DNA of 64,000 nucleotides from Klebsiella phage N1M2: sequence record MN642089.1, one strand, 5' to 3'. The notes under the pieces were generated by a model. It saw nothing but the letters and a program-made list of their open reading frames with translations, searched no databases and was not told the origin of the DNA. Below, piece by piece: positions 31,501 to 38,780 of the stretch; the stretch's first letter is position 1; each line of letters starts with the position of its first letter. The position numbers were made by a program, and so were the translations under genes.

Positions 31501-32706
31501 ACCTTCGTTATATACAAACTCAGCGGTATAGAGCCCACCGACTTGTTCAACGGTGTTCGGGAAGTTAGTGCTTAAATGACCTTCATAGATCATCGCGTCA
31601 TTTTCATCCCAGGTAGTAAACTTCATTGCACCGAAGTTACCTTGCTGGAGTAACGCAGATGGAGGAGCACTAATTCTTACCTTATTGCCTTTATAGAAAG
31701 CAGTGATCTTAACCTGTACATCTGAACCTGATGGCGCGGTAACGGTTTCTGGATCAATTACGAAAGTAAGATCGAAACTGTTATCCTTTTCGATAACCAC
31801 ATTGATTCTGAACGTTTTCTTAACAGGTCGACCTTGCCACATATAAGTGACACGCACGATGATCTCATCACGGACTTCTTTTTCAGAAGAACCATAAATG
31901 GTTTCACCAATGATGAAGTTTCCGTCTTCAGAACGTTTAGGAATGGTGTAACCAGAACCAGTACTGATTTCGATCAAAGCTTCATGTGTGATGTCAATAG
32001 TGGTGTTGAACCAATAGGTATTTGGAATACTGAAGTCTTTACCACGCTGGGTCGTAATGGACTCAGGAAGGTTAGAAGTAATTCCAGGAACATTGGCTTC
32101 ATCCAGAACTAATTCATAAATGAATAGTGGATAGGTTCCAGTACCAAATGAAGCATCAGTGATTTTAACTGTACCTGATTCGAGAGTATCGTAATCAATG
32201 AAAGTTAAAGATTCACGAGAGGTAACGTATTCATTAAAGAACAAATCACCAAAGGCAGCCATTGGACCACTGATGGTTTTTGCTTCTTCTTGAGAAAGCA
32301 GAACACCATAGTTATTAAGCCACTTACACCACAGTAAACCGTGATCTACTTTGTTGGCTTTAACGTAAGCTTTCAAGTTATCCAGGTCTTCGATCTCGAT
32401 CAATGGAACGGCGAAGTCTTCCAGGATATCTTTCATTTGTACACGAGTGATGTCGACGTCAACACGTGCAAAACCGGTTTTGCGCGCTGTAAAGCAAACG
32501 CGAGTAATACCATCAGGGAAAGCAACTGGGTTCTCAATAACTAAGTCACCAGCAACCAAACCTGTGTAACGTTCTTTAGCTAACGCCAACTCATCTTCAG
32601 GTCCTTCAACCTCAAGACGTTTTATACGTTCTTTCAAGAAACGTTCTACTGGTGTGTATAACGGATCGTTAATACACTTTTTGTTAATCTTAATTTGCTC
32701 TGCCAT
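22579..32706 (-). CDS. giant structural fibre/adhesin-like protein with tandem Ig-like domains, 3375 aa
   Basis: 10.1-kb uninterrupted ORF. AAGAGG RBS. Many ~90-110 aa beta-rich repeats. The N-terminal ~200 aa has a standalone paralog at 44725..45330. Confidence 0.75.
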   Translation of the reverse strand: MAEQIKINKKCINDPLYTPVERFLKERIKRLEVEGPEDELALAKERYTGLVAGDLVIENPVAFPDGITRVCFTARKTGFARVDVDITRVQMKDILEDFAVPLIEIEDLDNLKAYVKANKVDHGLLWCKWLNNYGVLLSQEEAKTISGPMAAFGDLFFNEYVTSRESLTFIDYDTLESGTVKITDASFGTGTYPLFIYELVLDEANVPGITSNLPESITTQRGKDFSIPNTYWFNTTIDITHEALIEISTGSGYTIPKRSEDGNFIIGETIYGSSEKEVRDEIIVRVTYMWQGRPVKKTFRINVVIEKDNSFDLTFVIDPETVTAPSGSDVQVKITAFYKGNKVRISAPPSALLQQGNFGAMKFTTWDENDAMIYEGHLSTNFPNTVEQVGGLYTAEFVYNEGDITSKAPAYVNVVLTRPDTGPKFEIRSFPAVIRGHKGDKGLLTVGAFYNDEPISPTDLDIRTGKKGEKELIEYNSVDQLGVNYTIIKDANKPGEEIEDDYDQVFRWIAPTGVRYVITRKVRVIVAQVSTVELVPVLSNPLVVNKYQFGDYPFKLIVNGVDVTKKISDYTFEDEKGFIIPKKGNADQWFVGNAPDVPAPAESTTVPFKFRYTIDGVWRQFTYDQTFNVNAWEQDPGTTEPGINTKTVAVPSSALIDGLSDETGYFEFQVYHLSEDITATAEIMKDKLVTPAGITFNSFVYIEERNVIRANYSKLQPTTEPGKVYIQRPGIEDPKPEDIALVHVSTDVKQSRVLVLKDYDKETTVEVGGSSALAKITLTFAGKVVPLTDPNLTYKRTDKSNVRIVDVKDNGVEVVDNVWEYIGETRQSGLELEYIYTDPRDGKQTNVKFTLPVFTVYPEMRLEGTPAAPIDAAIWDTGLLPFTLMAGNTNWTGAITSVKSIQDNEYIAFNKLNWEVIWAEKEATTITIPLEIKWTVGKAKDRKFITEVVFNLEPWDQITFGGDWEPKSIKADSRTNGTITGNFVYKGKPANADVVVDKAASTIPETFIMGVSSNVDGEGVVIGYETTRGGDYLMTLIYRHTPSGRTIQADIPTEIAWPHELNLVKITPSVKGIWNAEATIELVYNWDGIPLTLNDPKLKLTATSGDGEPVELVKINDESLTVKLAKGGEKGEDYDYDFKINVEYVDPNGKTWTNENTVPVVIHIPDVRIGANPSFNVNVWDRGVVGITLVDDQGRPVPIESLTPRGTNPYITFTEPNKWYVTGGSQSTSITTTLRLSAQYSMGGNTYQMDTETDFNIAKYDGKKFVITEGPEEVEGKAGTPGTMKFRFKYAGDVAKNVSIDLGKSTIPKNIVLGEITPDGDVPYTLLGQAEDTLRLVFVRENATNPPVVNDDYAVAVVKVITQSSDEVFTVESKTPAITIPWMETATIVLALKYGEYGIPGNTPGLKYELVDNGKAHSIRIVGGVSNGVVIQAIRSNVSEALTVYPEDIKVTYEVGAPAPKEGTISTQVSIQMGKVEITNNDPINGKIWDRGSFTQGIKMGDNPLNTVQGYKTNEPDNQWVEFIAPRGWEIIGAEKVQSDKTIKMQVLYKVDEVPEVQSLEFDATFRIQGAQDTTRFKCTVTPNKLETAVGEQNTLKVRPIYKDKEVGASATFKPELSTFPKSVKYVSSSMDGVDFVLTFEGVEAGLGEMDLVFWSPAAGTDPAPYDVWTGKVPTKVMGELGVEIGDRDNLLTGKDGDTGEYKLQILFGGIPIDAKQEMANGSLRVTVEKGEGASPNAGVLSIGSWESESFNYSLAGVVAPGREITVSDFINITYTYGGNNYSRRVEIPELYTSAPVVVVPRSPVACKMFDTQSLGIGSATCGDVSLTASSLPAPAESGWMNCELDEEQPNGYITVSLRSFTVVKADETNKSLTLKMIYNGIYRNWTWKGEADVVFNIAAWNQRTLESFWMHRNPPEHYPDNTYPLVMEVGDVTTVDMQTVYKLIPNFNNTDIIDYLETDFRDAMDIEFTGPIGGGSEARARYSVTPTKEFKGDIKLILRRPGGAKPGVEFLDWCSLVIGADFKQPPLLVTGWNAGLKGGNGDKGNMPLRVTLRGRNILLDNPDLKITLDPDDIIKITGSNQTQYQYEVIAPIDAELGKREIKVSLSYTDPNTGTTHTGEYTQPFEIVVPADYPVITPIRVSVEPFNRVRGPQIFKVMVGGTDLTTQCTPVSMETLDADAQGILIIPDDENPNKDWMWCIDNYIGNTGNHNVRTSWVIEVPFRGSTIQIPDVELTTLVASRPTHAGWIQGTGAPNPFELTKDKEGELRFKMTNRGLPTTALTLNQEQTQNSAFFEVLSVEPDGDELVVKYKGLNSFFAVFNFVWDVVGYDGTNDLHQRGKVQLKAFQGPRLEPNTDPVDVDIWGKFTPFKVFSGETDITTQCSITAISSNYFEAGPSATVQCINADPTPKTVEVEFTYSTPASTGNVVLTGKITVNISAWDGIEFWGEPVNKNGVSAPVITEEGDGFVINIPFTNNFYTFFFRAMLKNKTYPIGTNRSGYSTINRIESEDPTAIHWTSGGGSNANEVSVRVIPDKLGKYKGKVPLQYNGTEANGPNGYPAGTPGKNFDNMPVIWNMFEDKITFREGFVPEPIIVPAGSTTVVDVPCDLVWGALAVNLNLTNEVISVGLTHDLGIATLFGASNVQGTNRFNWTAKSYKISPAAVKPGATDVTSYFTFNIRFKNPNNNKEYTFSYDQPIIFKAKEGATDPVLTVTDVQEVNTSVWKKNTGLPFKLAIDGVDYPADTSSVTNIKAADKDKDWLEMGPKLTDGYTVIDGEPEATTKTGTFIVTVVQGPRVWEIEQDVVFNIEGYDGQALSFKFNNPSQFNNGIMGQTNAIFRGTVSGEYRKVAISDYSLFEIDSARSKLPGFAENIYNQGPDNNSKNIYFNWQALATDMKEPQEGYLCVGLKSRMYLPDAVEGVDFTYVKVPVQTYYVDGYYLISADPEEFTGQFGGPVMRMDVKYRKGIDEARILSTDFNRAVFTPNVVTTTYIAGGYFQFKFANDIDVGELTSDVVAAWNKDTNIPPDRQLKIPFKVTQVSTVPKPTVTNLTSEITAHINESGPLPFKLDWKGNDVTDQISAVRISDNSYVSIKDKGWVISHADVQTTKVMPTFEVDITLDNVTFTIKQEVTFTVYGYNGKEINATADDVILMTGEQGFITIKGDYSGEPLVGNVTFDKSSSISIPAGLITFGNMSPGSDGTLVIKVTGGNVGNGDLKIRLKSVHDTGNGNIGSDYIDLRPKVEILPTELTPASGFQTTGTGNYYELPTLIQSVLLGSTALANTDENLIIQIVDYPAVTIGTLSDKTIGYKFTNDSTEEVIHKFKLKFTYKGRSEYIVDITLTQSASPTTPYVTDITQIDVEYSKSYAAPFKVISPR

Positions 32707-32819
32707 CAGCAGGGTCCTCTTTTATATGAAAAATCTATACTTTACATTTTAGAAGCAAATGATTCTAAGCCTCATACCATAATAATGAGAGCCCAGGTTA
32801 CCCCAGACTCTCATTCATT

Positions 32820-35636
32820 TTATTTAGTTTTCAAATCAATAACTAATGGATAGTAAAGTGGGTCAGGTGAAGGGAATCTGAATTTAGCATCTGCATAATA
32901 AGAAGTTCTTCTTTTCTTATCTGCAATAACCTCAACATATCCAATACCTGTTTGACGGTCATAAATAAGATCGATTGTTCTTACTTTCGTGTTGATATTG
33001 TTCTTGAAGAAATCATCAATACGAATGAACTTAGGATTCTTACCACTGGCATCTTTAAACTGCCACTTGTAAACTAATGTTCCCGACTTGGTAAACTCAT
33101 GACCTAAATAAGAAGCTGTTGCTGCAGGAGCATAATACTGCTGTCCTGTTTTAGCTTCGACAGTTAGCGAAGTACCAATCACTCTCACTTCAAAATTCAC
33201 ATCGAAAGGCATAACACCATTAACATCTTTCAATGGGAGTGTGTGGGTAATGATACCAGTTTTATCATTATAAATGAAGTTACTGGCTTCTTTGGTAAGA
33301 TTGTTTATTTTAACACCGGCACTAGAAGGTCGAGTCGATCTCAGTTGGTAACTAAGAACTAAGTCGCCATTCTTAAGTTCATAACCTAAGTACTCAACGT
33401 TAACTTTCAGTTTAGGTTCTTCAGTGTGAAGTAATTTGAACCATTGATCGTGAACACCATCCTCAGTTTCTATTCTGAGTTTAATATCCAGTCCGTAGTT
33501 TAGCTTGGCGTCCTGGTTATATTCACAATCAACGGCAAAGTTGAGATTACCAGTTTCTGGATCATAGCTTTCAGAACGACGGAGGTTTGAGATCCCCTTT
33601 ACATTCTCACCCAAAACAACAGAAGTTATTTTAACAGAAGGTGGGATTTCCCCGTTCTTAAGTATGACACCTAAGTTAAAGTTAAGTGAGTTCTTAATCA
33701 CACTAATGGCGTTAGTTTTCAATGAAACCGGAAATGAATCAGACCCGAATGTAGTAGACGATTCGAAATCGTATTCTGGGTTATCTCTGTAACCAGCCAG
33801 GTAGACCTTTCCTTTAAGGGTATGGGTTTCTTTGAAGCCGGTGGTTTCTACTTTGGTCAATATAGTCAATCGACCATTATGATAACCAGATTTAATGATT
33901 CCAGTGGATTTACCATTAACTTCAACTTTATTACTAACCATTACCATATTGGCAGGCGATGAGCCATCTTCAAACTTAGGTTCGAATACAGCCTTTTCAA
34001 TACCACCAATGACGGTATGTTCAATCACAGTAAAATCAATCTTACCTTCATCGGTAGGGATATTAATGTAATCCACAGTCTTGATATGAAGTGGTATTTT
34101 TCTTAGCACATTAGTTTTCACTAAAGCAGTACCAATCAACTCTACTTCTACAGCTTCTTCTTTCTGTTCATTCAGAATAAAGAATCCATTAACAATGTTG
34201 GGGTTCGTATCGTGTTTTTGAACGACATTGTTACTAGAAGGAATACGGTTGATCAACAAGCACAGTGAAGTGGCATCGATAGACACTATCTTCTCATTAG
34301 AAACCAGTGAGAAACTATAATCCATTCTGTCGGATTCATTTCTTATAATCGCCTCATTAAAGATGGCAATTGGTTTAGCCGTAGCTTCAACAAACCAAGG
34401 AACCATTTTATTATCGATAATGAAATGACCACGAAGGTTATAATGAAGTTCTCTACTGTTATCCACTACGACTTCCCAGGTAGCGATAAATTCATTACTA
34501 CCTTCAATCCAATTCAATCTTGGAGCAGCTGACCCGATTAAATGACTAACGAAGTCTGCTGGAGGAACGTGTAGATTCTGGAGAAGATAATTGGAATCTT
34601 CCTTTGAGGTTACCTTAAACCGAGCTTGAAGTGTATTATCTCCTAAGGTGGTAGAGATTAATTCTGCCTTATATGTAGATTGATGGTCATAATCCACAGA
34701 CAGATTAAAATCGATAGGTGGATAATTTTCACCTTTGGCTTTGGTAATAAAATTGTAATTCAACGTACCTTCTGGGATAACCCCCACCACTATATCGAAC
34801 TCGTATAGACCAGTGCGAGGATCGTAATTGATACTGTTAGGTTTTACAATACCAGTTGGAACATTATTGCCATATAGGAAAGGTGTCTCAAGAGAGAATG
34901 AACTCGGTGGTAGATTGGTATCAGCCCACTTAACTTCCATCATTACACGCAATGTTCTTTCTTTGAGAACTTTACTAATAACTTTATAGTTGATTGTTTT
35001 AGTTCTTTCTAGTCGACCATTGAAAGAAACTACAGTTCCAGGTTGGTCAGGTAAGGATCTTACTTCCGAACTATATTCCATATCAGCATACATAGCTCTG
35101 CTCTTAGCCTGGTAGGTCGCCACCAATATACCATCGATAGGATTATAAGTTTGCGTTAGTACTTTGTTACTAATCAGGTTACCTGTTGGCTTAGCTTCAT
35201 TATCCAAGCAGGCGAACTCAGGGATCTTCCCATTGGTTCTTTCTACTTTTAATGTCACTATCAGTTTATCGTCATGGAATCTAAATGAGGACGACTTGAT
35301 TAGTAAAGCCGGTTCTGGGATTCTGAGTTCTTCAGAATGTTCAAAAGGTGTTGAATATTTCTCACCTTCTATGATGTAACTTCCTTTGACTTTAAAAGGA
35401 ACATCCACATCTGGGTTTGTTTCCGGTTCTACTTTGAACACTGTTCTGTAAGTACCGGTATTTAAATCGTAACCTTGAGAAACCGGATCACCATCTAAAC
35501 CAATTACATTATTAAGGAAAACCCGTTTAGGATAACCACCCCTTGTATAACGAACAACGTGTTCTATAACTAGGTGATCAAACCCTTCTCTTTTTATTCC
35601 TCCACTAAGATATATAGTGGTTGGGTGATCGATCAT
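32820..35636 (-). CDS. large structural protein, 938 aa
   Basis: GGAGG RBS. Beta-rich. Upstream of the giant gene on the same strand. Confidence 0.65.
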   Translation of the reverse strand: MIDHPTTIYLSGGIKREGFDHLVIEHVVRYTRGGYPKRVFLNNVIGLDGDPVSQGYDLNTGTYRTVFKVEPETNPDVDVPFKVKGSYIIEGEKYSTPFEHSEELRIPEPALLIKSSSFRFHDDKLIVTLKVERTNGKIPEFACLDNEAKPTGNLISNKVLTQTYNPIDGILVATYQAKSRAMYADMEYSSEVRSLPDQPGTVVSFNGRLERTKTINYKVISKVLKERTLRVMMEVKWADTNLPPSSFSLETPFLYGNNVPTGIVKPNSINYDPRTGLYEFDIVVGVIPEGTLNYNFITKAKGENYPPIDFNLSVDYDHQSTYKAELISTTLGDNTLQARFKVTSKEDSNYLLQNLHVPPADFVSHLIGSAAPRLNWIEGSNEFIATWEVVVDNSRELHYNLRGHFIIDNKMVPWFVEATAKPIAIFNEAIIRNESDRMDYSFSLVSNEKIVSIDATSLCLLINRIPSSNNVVQKHDTNPNIVNGFFILNEQKEEAVEVELIGTALVKTNVLRKIPLHIKTVDYINIPTDEGKIDFTVIEHTVIGGIEKAVFEPKFEDGSSPANMVMVSNKVEVNGKSTGIIKSGYHNGRLTILTKVETTGFKETHTLKGKVYLAGYRDNPEYDFESSTTFGSDSFPVSLKTNAISVIKNSLNFNLGVILKNGEIPPSVKITSVVLGENVKGISNLRRSESYDPETGNLNFAVDCEYNQDAKLNYGLDIKLRIETEDGVHDQWFKLLHTEEPKLKVNVEYLGYELKNGDLVLSYQLRSTRPSSAGVKINNLTKEASNFIYNDKTGIITHTLPLKDVNGVMPFDVNFEVRVIGTSLTVEAKTGQQYYAPAATASYLGHEFTKSGTLVYKWQFKDASGKNPKFIRIDDFFKNNINTKVRTIDLIYDRQTGIGYVEVIADKKRRTSYYADAKFRFPSPDPLYYPLVIDLKTK

Positions 35637-35670
35637 ACTTCCTCCGATATCGATACTGTTTGGACATAGA

Positions 35671-35696
35671 ATCTGATAAAGAGTCCCTGGACGAAC
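35671..35696 (-). terminator. hairpin GAGTCCCTGG-ACGAAC-CCAGGGACTC (attenuator/terminator between structural genes)
   Basis: Perfect 10-bp stem in the 78-bp gap between the 245-aa and 938-aa genes. Confidence 0.45.
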
Positions 35697-35714
35697 CCAG
35701 GGACTCTAATATCA

Positions 35715-36452
35715 TTAAGGTTCTATAACTAACGTGGTTCTGACACTACGTGAGCTGCATTTAACATCGGCATTACTAAACCATACTTCATAGTTAGTGC
35801 TGCTTTTGTTAGCAACATATGTGGTAAAGGTCACTGTTTTCTCATCAATGATCTTAGCGTCTCTGATCCAGTTAAATGTATTGGATCTCCCAGCAGCCTC
35901 ACTATACGTATAGTCTCGTTGTACAACCAACTTGTCTGATGTTATACCATCCTCAGGAAGTTTGACTGTCCACACCCCCAGGTTTCTTTCTTTGTCATAG
36001 ACAACTGAAACTTCGCCTGGGCCAACAGGAATATAATCGAATTCTGTTCTAGACGTATACTCAACACCGTCAGCTAATATAACTATATTAGTGGCCGCGC
36101 TATCTGGCTTATTGACGATATTTATATGAGCACGCAGACTGGTTTCTCCAAAGAGACCGTTTTCTCTCTTCCTTATTTTTAACGGACCAGTACCGCCCCA
36201 GATACCGGGCTCAAATCCTTTTACTTCCCACTCATTAATATAGGTAGTATTCCCTTTCTCATCAATGACTCTGAATGTTCCAAGTACTGAAGATTTGACC
36301 ATGTTATCCCATTCGGTAACTAGTTGGTTACCTCCTGTATACCCATAGCGCTGTTCAAATAAGATTGCAGGTCTACCCATATAACCATTGACCGCTCCAA
36401 ATGAAAATAATAACTGTTTTAAGTCAACAATGTGACCATAGGATCCGAACAT
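35715..36452 (-). CDS. structural-module protein, 245 aa
   Basis: First gene of the minus-strand structural run. Preceded by a UUCG hairpin. Confidence 0.55.
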   Translation of the reverse strand: MFGSYGHIVDLKQLLFSFGAVNGYMGRPAILFEQRYGYTGGNQLVTEWDNMVKSSVLGTFRVIDEKGNTTYINEWEVKGFEPGIWGGTGPLKIRKRENGLFGETSLRAHINIVNKPDSAATNIVILADGVEYTSRTEFDYIPVGPGEVSVVYDKERNLGVWTVKLPEDGITSDKLVVQRDYTYSEAAGRSNTFNWIRDAKIIDEKTVTFTTYVANKSSTNYEVWFSNADVKCSSRSVRTTLVIEP

Positions 36453-36453
36453 A

Positions 36454-36481
36454 GAGTAGGGTGGCTTCGGCCACCCTACTC
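36454..36481 (-). terminator. hairpin GAGTAGGGTGGC-TTCG-GCCACCCTACTC (UUCG tetraloop)
   Basis: Perfect 12-bp stem between the HNH stop (36495) and the 245-aa gene start (36452). Confidence 0.55.
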
Positions 36482-36494
36482 ATTATGATCTTAA

Positions 36495-37310
36495 TTAAAG
36501 TTCGAAGTCATTGAATGCGCCTTCTGCAACATTGGAATCGATTTGACCTACCAGGTAAGAACTAACCAAAGATTGTTTATCATGGGAGAAAGCCCAGCCA
36601 TTAACAATCTTCTTTCCATTAGATTTTAGAGCACGCCCTATCGATCTCCTAGATATTCCCAAGATTCCAGCACATTCATGGCTCGATTTGAATAACACGA
36701 GTTCAGTCCTGTCACTTATCTCAAGACCATAGAACATTTTACTTGTTCTGGTTCCGCTGTTATTAACTGAAAGTCCCTCTAATGTTATTTTCCATGTGTG
36801 GTCTAATAAAGTATCTTTATATTTATTGACAATCATTGTGCCTGAGACATTGGGAGTTCCAGCCCATCTTGATAGTTCTCGCAGAGAGTGTAGAGTGATG
36901 ACTTTTCCTGTCTTTACATTCTCTATCTTTATATGTTGGCTTGCTTTATTAAGTCCTGTCTTATATGCATGGAAGATGTTATCTGAATTGGTAGTCCATT
37001 CAAGATTGCTCTTAGTGCAGTCTAATTTATTACCATTAATGTGATTACAAGTTATTAGTTTGCAACCTTCTGGAAGATCTGGCCTTGGGCCATTAAATAT
37101 GGAACACACGGTGACATGAATAGTTATATAAGCCTGAACACCATAATCAGAGACGAGATTAACTGAACGATATCCATTACGGAGAAGGTCTTTCATTTTA
37201 AATTGGTCTTTCTTTCTCCTAACATCACCATTTTCATTTATCTCATAATTAGAGAACCCAGGTATGATTATCCAATTATCTTTATTATCCATGAATACCT
37301 CATGCCCCAT
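36495..37310 (-). CDS. HNH homing endonuclease (NUMOD4-like N-term) with C-terminal NrdB-tail duplication
   Basis: WIIIPGFSNYEINENGDVRR is the NUMOD4-like segment. CNHINGNKLDCTKSNLEWTTNSDN is the HNH motif. The last 26 aa ([22 protein letters not shown]) mirror the NrdB C-terminus. Confidence 0.8.
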   Translation of the reverse strand: MGHEVFMDNKDNWIIIPGFSNYEINENGDVRRKKDQFKMKDLLRNGYRSVNLVSDYGVQAYITIHVTVCSIFNGPRPDLPEGCKLITCNHINGNKLDCTKSNLEWTTNSDNIFHAYKTGLNKASQHIKIENVKTGKVITLHSLRELSRWAGTPNVSGTMIVNKYKDTLLDHTWKITLEGLSVNNSGTRTSKMFYGLEISDRTELVLFKSSHECAGILGISRRSIGRALKSNGKKIVNGWAFSHDKQSLVSSYLVGQIDSNVAEGAFNDFEL

Positions 37311-37332
37311 TTACCCAATTGGGTAAATGGGG
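37305..37332 (-). promoter_or_regulatory. 28-nt perfect palindrome CCCCATTTACCCAATTGGGTAAATGGGG enclosing the HNH start codon (translational sequestration hairpin)
   Basis: Read directly from the sequence. AUG lies in the 3' arm of a 12-bp stem with an AAUU loop. Confidence 0.6.
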
Positions 37333-37343
37333 ATGTTGTTTAT

Positions 37344-38489
37344 TTACAGACTAAAATCCGCAAAGTCATCAGTGTCGACTGTTGAATCAATTTGCCCCAC
37401 AAGATAGGAGCTGATCTCAGCCTCCTGTGGGGCCACCTGAACGTTGTCAGACACCAACCAGGAGTTAATCCATGGGATTGGGTTAGTGGTAGTTGTAAAT
37501 GGCATACCGAGCCCGATAGCGTTCATACGGATGTTCGCAATGTATTCAACATACTGGCACAGGATCGGCTCTGACAGACCAATCATAGAACCATCTTTAA
37601 ACAGGTATGCTGCCCATTCTTTTTCTTGCTGTACAACTTCCAAGAACATGTCGATTGATTCTTGTTTGCATTCTTCAGCAATTTCAGCCATCTCTGGATC
37701 ATCAGCACCATTTGCAAACAGATTCAGGATATGCTGAGTGCCAGTAAGGTGGAGAGCCTCATCACGTGCGATGAGTTTGATGATCTTAGCATTACCTTCC
37801 ATCAGCTTACGTTCTGCGAATGCAAACGAGCAAGCGAATGATACATAGAAACGAATAGCTTCCAGGGCGTTAACTGATTGAATACACAGATAAAGCGCTT
37901 TCTTAATCTCACGCAGGGTAACGACAACACGTTTACCATTAACAGTGTGAGTACCTTCACCCAGGTAATAATACTGCTGGGTTAAAGCAATCAGTTTATC
38001 GTAGTAACGGGACACCGCACCAGCACGACGGGTGATGTGTTCGTTATCCACAACATCTTCAAACACGATAGAAGGATCGTTAACGATGTTACGGATGATG
38101 TGGGTATAGGAACGAGAGTGAATCGTTTCTGAGAAGCCCCAGGTCTCTGCCCATGTTTCCAGTTCTGGAATACTGATAATCGGAAGGAAGGCTACGTTAG
38201 GCCCACGACCCTGTACGGAATCCAGAAGCGTCTGATATTTGAGGTTACTGATGAAGATATGCTTTTCATGTTCCGGAAGGTTCATGTAGTCAATACGGTC
38301 ACGAGTAACGTCAACTTCTTCAGGACGCCAGAAGAAAGACAGTTGCTTTTCAATAAGCTTTTCAAAGATACCGTGCTTTTGTTGGTCATAACGAGAAACG
38401 TTAACGTTCTGACCCATGAACATGTGTTCTAACAGTTGGTTGTTTTTATTTTGGTTAAAAGTTGAATAGCCGGACATGTTTAACTCCAA
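37344..38489 (-). CDS. nrdB: ribonucleotide reductase class Ia beta subunit
   Basis: 381 aa. Near-colinear high identity to enterobacterial NrdB, recalled from memory ([54 protein letters not shown]-terminal [20 protein letters not shown]). Confidence 0.9.
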   Translation of the reverse strand: MELNMSGYSTFNQNKNNQLLEHMFMGQNVNVSRYDQQKHGIFEKLIEKQLSFFWRPEEVDVTRDRIDYMNLPEHEKHIFISNLKYQTLLDSVQGRGPNVAFLPIISIPELETWAETWGFSETIHSRSYTHIIRNIVNDPSIVFEDVVDNEHITRRAGAVSRYYDKLIALTQQYYYLGEGTHTVNGKRVVVTLREIKKALYLCIQSVNALEAIRFYVSFACSFAFAERKLMEGNAKIIKLIARDEALHLTGTQHILNLFANGADDPEMAEIAEECKQESIDMFLEVVQQEKEWAAYLFKDGSMIGLSEPILCQYVEYIANIRMNAIGLGMPFTTTTNPIPWINSWLVSDNVQVAPQEAEISSYLVGQIDSTVDTDDFADFSL

Positions 38490-38700
38490 GTAAGATTTGT
38501 TTAAGATGTTTGCACTTAGCTAATAATTATTACTCGGATAAAAGATTAAAGTTAGGCTAAAATAAATTCTTAATGAAAGACACTATCATACGTTAACTTA
38601 AACATGTTTTCACCGAAAGGTGGGAGGGAAAGGGTGGATATGTTTATATAGCGATTACGTAGTAATCATCCTTTAAAGTCTTTGGCCTTTGGTTCCAAAT

Positions 38701-38730
38701 CTTTTCAGGTAGATATTATTAAAGTGAAGT
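38701..38730 (+). promoter_or_regulatory. early promoter-like motif (CTTTTCAGGTAGATATTATTAAAGTGAAG)
   Basis: Near-identical to the copy at 49691-49720. 50 bp upstream of 38781. Confidence 0.5.
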
Positions 38731-38780
38731 TAGTACCTTAATTTAAATTTGTTGTGTGTTAAACTTTTGAAGGATTTAAA

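Noticed and set aside
18622-32544. Numerous 60-190 aa ORFs on the plus strand inside the giant minus-strand genes (e.g. 18622..18999, 26474..26842, 29798..30202, 30691..31266)
   Set aside because: Antisense shadow ORFs within long uninterrupted coding sequence. They have no RBS and low-complexity translations.
32707-32819. Possible late promoter (TATAAATA) or terminator upstream of the 3375-aa gene
   Set aside because: Only an imperfect CATATAAAAG and a weak 8-bp stem (AATGAGAG...CTCTCATT) with a 16-nt loop. Not convincing.
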